Positions 56,183-60,784 of a stretch of 60,784 bases of DNA are shown one piece after another. Position 1 is the first letter of the stretch; every line of letters begins with the position of its first letter. The DNA lies in contig JAZDKC010000074.1 in NCBI GenBank assembly GCA_043803465.1, forward strand, positions 1 to 60,784, in the 5' to 3' direction. The DNA is from Candidatus Micrarchaeota archaeon. GTDB lineage: Archaea; Micrarchaeota; Micrarchaeia; Norongarragalinales; SBBD01. The notes below the pieces were generated by a model, which had not been told where the DNA came from, searched no databases, and saw only the letters and a list, made by a program, of their open reading frames with translations. The position numbers and the translations under genes are program-made.

Positions 56183-58903
56183 ATGCCGGAGAAAAAGATT
56201 GTTTATTTCAACGTACCCGCAGGTGGAAATGACATGAGTGGAAACGGAAGCAGCACCATCATAAAAATCAAGAAGCGGGACGGAAGGATTGTGGCATTCG
56301 AAAAGGACATGATCACCATCGCAATTTGGAAGGCTGCGAAGGCAGTCGGAGGGAAGGACAAGGCGCTTGCAATTGCGCTGACGGACACGGTGATAGACCA
56401 GCTTGAAAAGCAATTCAGGAACGGGGAGGTGCCCGAAGTCGAGGATGTGCAGGATATTGTAGAAAAAGTGCTGATCGAGGGCGGGTATGCGAAAACCGCG
56501 AAGGCGTACATCCTCTACAGGCAGCAGCGCGCCGAATTGAGGGAGGAAAAGAAGCGCGTGCTCGACAAGGAGGAAATCGACGAGGTCGACAAGAAATTCG
56601 ACCTGAATGCGCTTAGGGTTTTGAAGGCGAGGTATCTGCGGAAAAATGACGAGGGCAAATTGATTGAAACACCAAAGCAGCTATTTACGAGAGTTGCGAT
56701 CCACACCACATTGCCCAACCTGTTCTATGATCCGCGTGTGTTCGATTTGAAAGCAGGCCAAAAGGAGCAGCAAAACGAGGACTTCGACGCCGCATCCTAT
56801 GATGATAAATTCTCAATTGGCAAATACCCCCTGAACCGATACCACCTGGAGGGCTTGAAACGCATTTACAATAGGATGAACAGGCAGCACACGATGCGGA
56901 TGCCGCTAAGCAAATTCATGGAGATGGCGGGGAAGGGCGAGTTCAATAATTACGAAAAGGAAATCGACCTGAATTACGATTTGATGGTCAGCAAGAAATT
57001 CATGCCCAACACTCCCGCAATAGCGAATTTCGGCAATTCCCTGGGGATGGGCTCAGCATGCTTTGTAATCGGAGTCGATGACTCCATTGAAAGCATCATG
57101 GAAGGCCTGAAAAACACCGCCATTGTCTTCAAATCGGGCGGGGGGATGGGCTACAACTTCTCGAAACTCCGGCCGGAGGGCGATTTCGTCAGCACAACTT
57201 CAGGAATTGCAAGCGGGCCAATCAGCTTCATGCGCCTTTTTGACACGATGACCGAAGTGATCAAGCAGGGCGGGATCCGCAGGGGCGCAAACATGGGCAT
57301 CCTCAACAGCAACCATCCGGATATTGAAAAGTTCGTGAAGGCAAAAGAGGGCAACAAGGCGCTTAGGAATTTCAACATTTCAGTGCTGCTCATGCCCGAT
57401 TTCTGGGAATACTATGAGAAGGATGAGCCGTATCCGCTGGTTAACCCAAGGACCAAGGAAGTTGTGCGCACAGTGAACCCGCGCAGATTGTTCGACATGA
57501 TCGTTTATCAGGCCTGGGAATCGGCTGAGCCGGGGGTAATTTTCTATGACGCGGTCAACAAGTACAACCCCTTCCACGAGCATCTTGGGCCGATAGTCGC
57601 AACCAACCCGTGCGGCGAGGTGCTGCTTTACCCGTACGAATCATGCAATCTTGGAAGCATCAACGTGTGGGCATTTGCAAAGGAGGACGAGAATGGGAAG
57701 GCTTATTTCGATTGGGAAGGGTTGAAGGAAACAGTGACGCAAACAACCGAGTTCCTCGACAATGTAATGGATGTGAGCAGGCACCCGCTGCCGCAATTTG
57801 AGGAAATGACCCTCGCAACAAGGAAGGTGGGGCTTGGCCTTATGGGATTTGGCGATTTGCTTTTTGAGCTGCGCATCCCATACAACTCGGAGGAGGGCCG
57901 CAATTTTGCGGAAAAGCTGATGGAATTCATCAACTACTGGAGCAAATTCAAGAGCATCGAGCTTGCAAAGGAAAGGGGCGCATTGCCCTTCTACAGCAAG
58001 AGCTTCTACCCCCAAGGAAAGCTGCCGCTTGCAGGCGCGTATTTCCACAATAAGCAGCTTGACTGGAATAAAATTTCCGAGGATGTGAAAAAATACGGGA
58101 TCCGGAACGGATTCACAACAGTAATCGCGCCGACCGGAAGCATATCAATGATTGCAGGCTGCAGCTCCGGGATCGAGCCCATTTATTCGCTCGTATTCGA
58201 GAAGAATGTAAAGGTCGGATCCTTCTACTATGTTGACGGCGCATTTGAGAAGGCAATGAAGGATGAAGGCCTATACGATGAGAAATTGATGGCCGAAGTT
58301 AACGAGAATGGCGGCACCGTGCAAACCATCGCATACATCACGCCCTCCCTGAAAAGGGTATTCGTGACGGCAATGGACATCAAGCCGGAAGACCACATCC
58401 GCATGCTCGCTGCTTTCCAGAGATGGACCGATTCATCGATCAGCAAAACGAACAACTTCCCGGCTGACGCCACAGTGGATGACATGCGCGAGAGCTACCT
58501 GCTTGCATACAAGCTCGGATGCAAGGATGTGACAGTTTTCAGGGACTCTTCAATCAAGGACCAAGTGCTTGTCGCGCCTGCGAAAAAGGCGGTGCCGCAG
58601 CAGCAGAACGCGGATGCGGAACGCCGCAACACCCCCTCAAGCAAGCCCCAAACAATTGATTCCGCAATCTCTCCGGCAATCACACCCGAATCATTATTGC
58701 AAAAACATGAGACAACCATGAAGGTGATGGCGCAAAGTAACATTGCGGCTGCAGCGTTTGCGGCGCAGAACGCGCCGTTTGCAGACGTGCAGTTCGGGGA
58801 CAAGGGCATAAAGGAATGCCCCGCGTGCGGCTCCGAGCAGCTGGCCAAGAAGGAAGGATGCCTTAATTGCAGTGAGTGCGGCTGGGGCTATTGCTCGGCT
58901 TAA
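56183..58903 (+). CDS. nrdJ: Class II (AdoCbl-dependent) ribonucleotide reductase with ATP cone and C-terminal Zn ribbon
   Basis: ATP cone, PNTP, SACFV, RRGANM, TNPCGE, APTGSIS, SISKT, CPAC..CSECG. Confidence 0.93.
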   Translation: MPEKKIVYFNVPAGGNDMSGNGSSTIIKIKKRDGRIVAFEKDMITIAIWKAAKAVGGKDKALAIALTDTVIDQLEKQFRNGEVPEVEDVQDIVEKVLIEGGYAKTAKAYILYRQQRAELREEKKRVLDKEEIDEVDKKFDLNALRVLKARYLRKNDEGKLIETPKQLFTRVAIHTTLPNLFYDPRVFDLKAGQKEQQNEDFDAASYDDKFSIGKYPLNRYHLEGLKRIYNRMNRQHTMRMPLSKFMEMAGKGEFNNYEKEIDLNYDLMVSKKFMPNTPAIANFGNSLGMGSACFVIGVDDSIESIMEGLKNTAIVFKSGGGMGYNFSKLRPEGDFVSTTSGIASGPISFMRLFDTMTEVIKQGGIRRGANMGILNSNHPDIEKFVKAKEGNKALRNFNISVLLMPDFWEYYEKDEPYPLVNPRTKEVVRTVNPRRLFDMIVYQAWESAEPGVIFYDAVNKYNPFHEHLGPIVATNPCGEVLLYPYESCNLGSINVWAFAKEDENGKAYFDWEGLKETVTQTTEFLDNVMDVSRHPLPQFEEMTLATRKVGLGLMGFGDLLFELRIPYNSEEGRNFAEKLMEFINYWSKFKSIELAKERGALPFYSKSFYPQGKLPLAGAYFHNKQLDWNKISEDVKKYGIRNGFTTVIAPTGSISMIAGCSSGIEPIYSLVFEKNVKVGSFYYVDGAFEKAMKDEGLYDEKLMAEVNENGGTVQTIAYITPSLKRVFVTAMDIKPEDHIRMLAAFQRWTDSSISKTNNFPADATVDDMRESYLLAYKLGCKDVTVFRDSSIKDQVLVAPAKKAVPQQQNADAERRNTPSSKPQTIDSAISPAITPESLLQKHETTMKVMAQSNIAAAAFAAQNAPFADVQFGDKGIKECPACGSEQLAKKEGCLNCSECGWGYCSA

Positions 58904-58918
58904 AATTGGTGGTTTTTT

Positions 58919-59338
58919 ATGAAATCCGCTTATGCTTTTATTCCTATTTTAGCCCTTTCGCTGCTTCTGCTTGGCTGCACCCAAACAAATCCGCAAACAG
59001 AGGGCGCCTCAATTTCAACTGTGACCGCACAGCCGATAAAAATCAATGTGGTAATTTACGACGGGGAAAGGAATCTGTCGCAGCAAATTGATGCGGAACA
59101 GGGAATCAGCGCGCTTCGGGCTTTCCAAAAAGTGGCTAACCTCACGATTAAGCAATATTCTTTTGGTGCCTACGTATCAGCCGTGAATGGCCTTGCTGAA
59201 AACAAGGGGAACAACGGAAAATATTGGCAATACTATGTGGATGGGAAGCTACCGATGGTGGCAATAGACAATTACTTGATCAATTCGAGCGCAAAATTGG
59301 AGTTCAGGTACGAGATTCCGCAGCCCGAGATAAAGTGA
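58919..59338 (+). CDS. DUF4430/transcobalamin-C-like lipoprotein (putative cobalamin binding)
   Basis: LLGC signal; FGAYVSAVNG..YWQYYVDGK. Confidence 0.75.
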   Translation: MKSAYAFIPILALSLLLLGCTQTNPQTEGASISTVTAQPIKINVVIYDGERNLSQQIDAEQGISALRAFQKVANLTIKQYSFGAYVSAVNGLAENKGNNGKYWQYYVDGKLPMVAIDNYLINSSAKLEFRYEIPQPEIK

Positions 59339-59342
59339 TGGA

Positions 59343-59888
59343 ATGAAATTGTTCAATCCAATAAAATTCCTGCTGGGGCTTTTTGCCGTAATCCTGATCA
59401 GGCTCATCCAGATGCCCTTGCCCAATTTCGAGCCCATAATGGGCGCCATGCTCCCGTTTGCCAAAAAATACGGCAGGCTGGCAGGCTTCATTTTCGCTTC
59501 CCTAGCCCTTGCCTCGTTTGATCTCATTTCCGGCAGGCTGGGGATGTGGACGCTATATTGCGCTTTGACATACGGGCTTATCGGAATCGCAGCAGGGAAA
59601 TATTTCGGAGCGGAAAAAAGGCGCCGGATGAAATATTATTTGGGATTCGGGGCCATCGGCACCGTTTTCTATGATGCAGCAACCGCTTTGGTTTTCGGAT
59701 GGCAATTTGGGCAACCGCTGGAAATGACCATTCTCGGACAGATCCCATTCACGATTTACCATCTGATGGGATCAACGGCATTCATTCTGGTTCTGACGCC
59801 GCTAGTCAATAACTACATCGTGGAAAATCCGATGCTCGAATTGAATCTGATGGGGGAGCCGGCCAGAAACAATTACCATTACAAATAG
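59343..59888 (+). CDS. ECF transporter S-component-like membrane protein
   Basis: R..P.PNFEPI motif, ~6 TM, PF..H; next to DUF4430 and nrdJ. Confidence 0.7.
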   Translation: MKLFNPIKFLLGLFAVILIRLIQMPLPNFEPIMGAMLPFAKKYGRLAGFIFASLALASFDLISGRLGMWTLYCALTYGLIGIAAGKYFGAEKRRRMKYYLGFGAIGTVFYDAATALVFGWQFGQPLEMTILGQIPFTIYHLMGSTAFILVLTPLVNNYIVENPMLELNLMGEPARNNYHYK

Positions 59889-59897
59889 GCAGTTTAC

Positions 59898-60473
59898 TCA
59901 AGTTTTGGGATGCTCGTGTTCCTTGTGCTCGTCCTTATGCTCCGGCTTATGCTCTAGTTTTATCGCCGCAGCAGGCTCCTTCCTGTCCATCAGCCCGCCT
60001 TCCGCTTTAAGGTCGATCACAATGTCCGCGGTATTTTTCAGTGCTGATGAAAAGTCCGGCTCCGTGCCCACGATTATCGTGTCCCTGCCGTGCTCCTTTG
60101 CTTTTGTTAAAACCGGCTTGAAGTCCGAATCGCGCGAAACTATCGCAATGGTATCAATGTGCGGCGAAAACATGTACTCGGATGCATCCAAGGCAAGCGC
60201 GACATCCACATCCGACGGAACGATCACCACCTCATAACCCTGATTCGTGACCGCCTCTATTAGCTTATCCGATGCGAACTGGTCCAGGAACACTTTCGCA
60301 ACCTTGATTTTGCCGTATTTTTGCAGCTTTTTCTTGACCTTGTCAAGGTCAATCCCCAGCTCCTTGCGGATCATGTTGGGGCCGTCGACCAACACAGCTA
60401 TATTTTTCTCCTTGGGTTTCTTGACCATATCCTTTATCTGGTCAAGCACATTAGGCATTGCCATTTTGACCAC
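59898..60473 (-). CDS. NYN domain protein (TIGR00288-like)
   Basis: VDGPNM, DVDVALA, SRDSDFKP, SALKNTAD. Confidence 0.88.
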   Translation of the reverse strand: MVKMAMPNVLDQIKDMVKKPKEKNIAVLVDGPNMIRKELGIDLDKVKKKLQKYGKIKVAKVFLDQFASDKLIEAVTNQGYEVVIVPSDVDVALALDASEYMFSPHIDTIAIVSRDSDFKPVLTKAKEHGRDTIIVGTEPDFSSALKNTADIVIDLKAEGGLMDRKEPAAAIKLEHKPEHKDEHKEHEHPKT

Positions 60474-60563
60474 CTATCGAAATAATCGAAGTTATACGCG
60501 AATTGAAATAATATGAACATTATGCGGCGTCATAATTTAAACCTGAGGGTCGATTAATCCAGT

Positions 60564-60784
60564 ATGACCATTTACGAATTCATCAATAGGCTCTCCATCA
60601 GGACCGTTAGCCAATTTTCAAGCGAACGGTATTCAAATGCGCTCAAGGACAAGCGCCTAAGGCCGGCATACGAGCAGAAAACCCTCGTGCAATACCTATC
60701 CTTACCCGAATGGGGAAGGTCGGAACTGGATGCAATGATCAATAAGGCAGTAATGATGTTGGGGGAATTGAGGGTAGAAAAAAA
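60564..60784 (+). CDS. Partial hypothetical protein (runs off the window)
   Basis: Open frame from ATG 60564 to the window end. Confidence 0.45.
   Translation, partial: MTIYEFINRLSIRTVSQFSSERYSNALKDKRLRPAYEQKTLVQYLSLPEWGRSELDAMINKAVMMLGELRVEK

Overview
Core-chromosome segment of an archaeon, most likely DPANN/Micrarchaeota-like (inferred from PolD DP1/DP2, Kae1, Elp3, Rpp21, eS19, archaeal SRP RNA and a ~390-aa epsilon2-type tRNA splicing endonuclease). It carries information-processing genes, nucleotide and amino-acid metabolism genes (purD, purH, dCMP deaminase, argF, nrdR-nrdJ with a probable B12 uptake pair), two PIN-type TA modules, tRNA-Thr(UGU), and a ~5,555-aa surface protein with a cytoplasmic HerA/FtsK-like ATPase. 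The most unusual signal is non-coding: a family of G-tract + hairpin elements (GGGG..GC(G/A)ACACG..GGGG-loop-CCCC..GGTGTC; 8 copies at 6 loci, one a 158-nt long form, plus 2 divergent relatives). They sit at the ends of conserved genes (kae1, polD, the lhr-linked phosphoesterase, SRP RNA, nrdR). Seven of the eight are immediately followed by a second copy of the adjacent host sequence, and where that copy has diverged from a coding end (kae1, phosphoesterase) the substitutions are synonymous. This looks like a scaffold+guide or 'replace-and-recode the gene end' mobile system. No effector protein is recognisable in this window. All product calls come from motif recognition only; no database searches were run.
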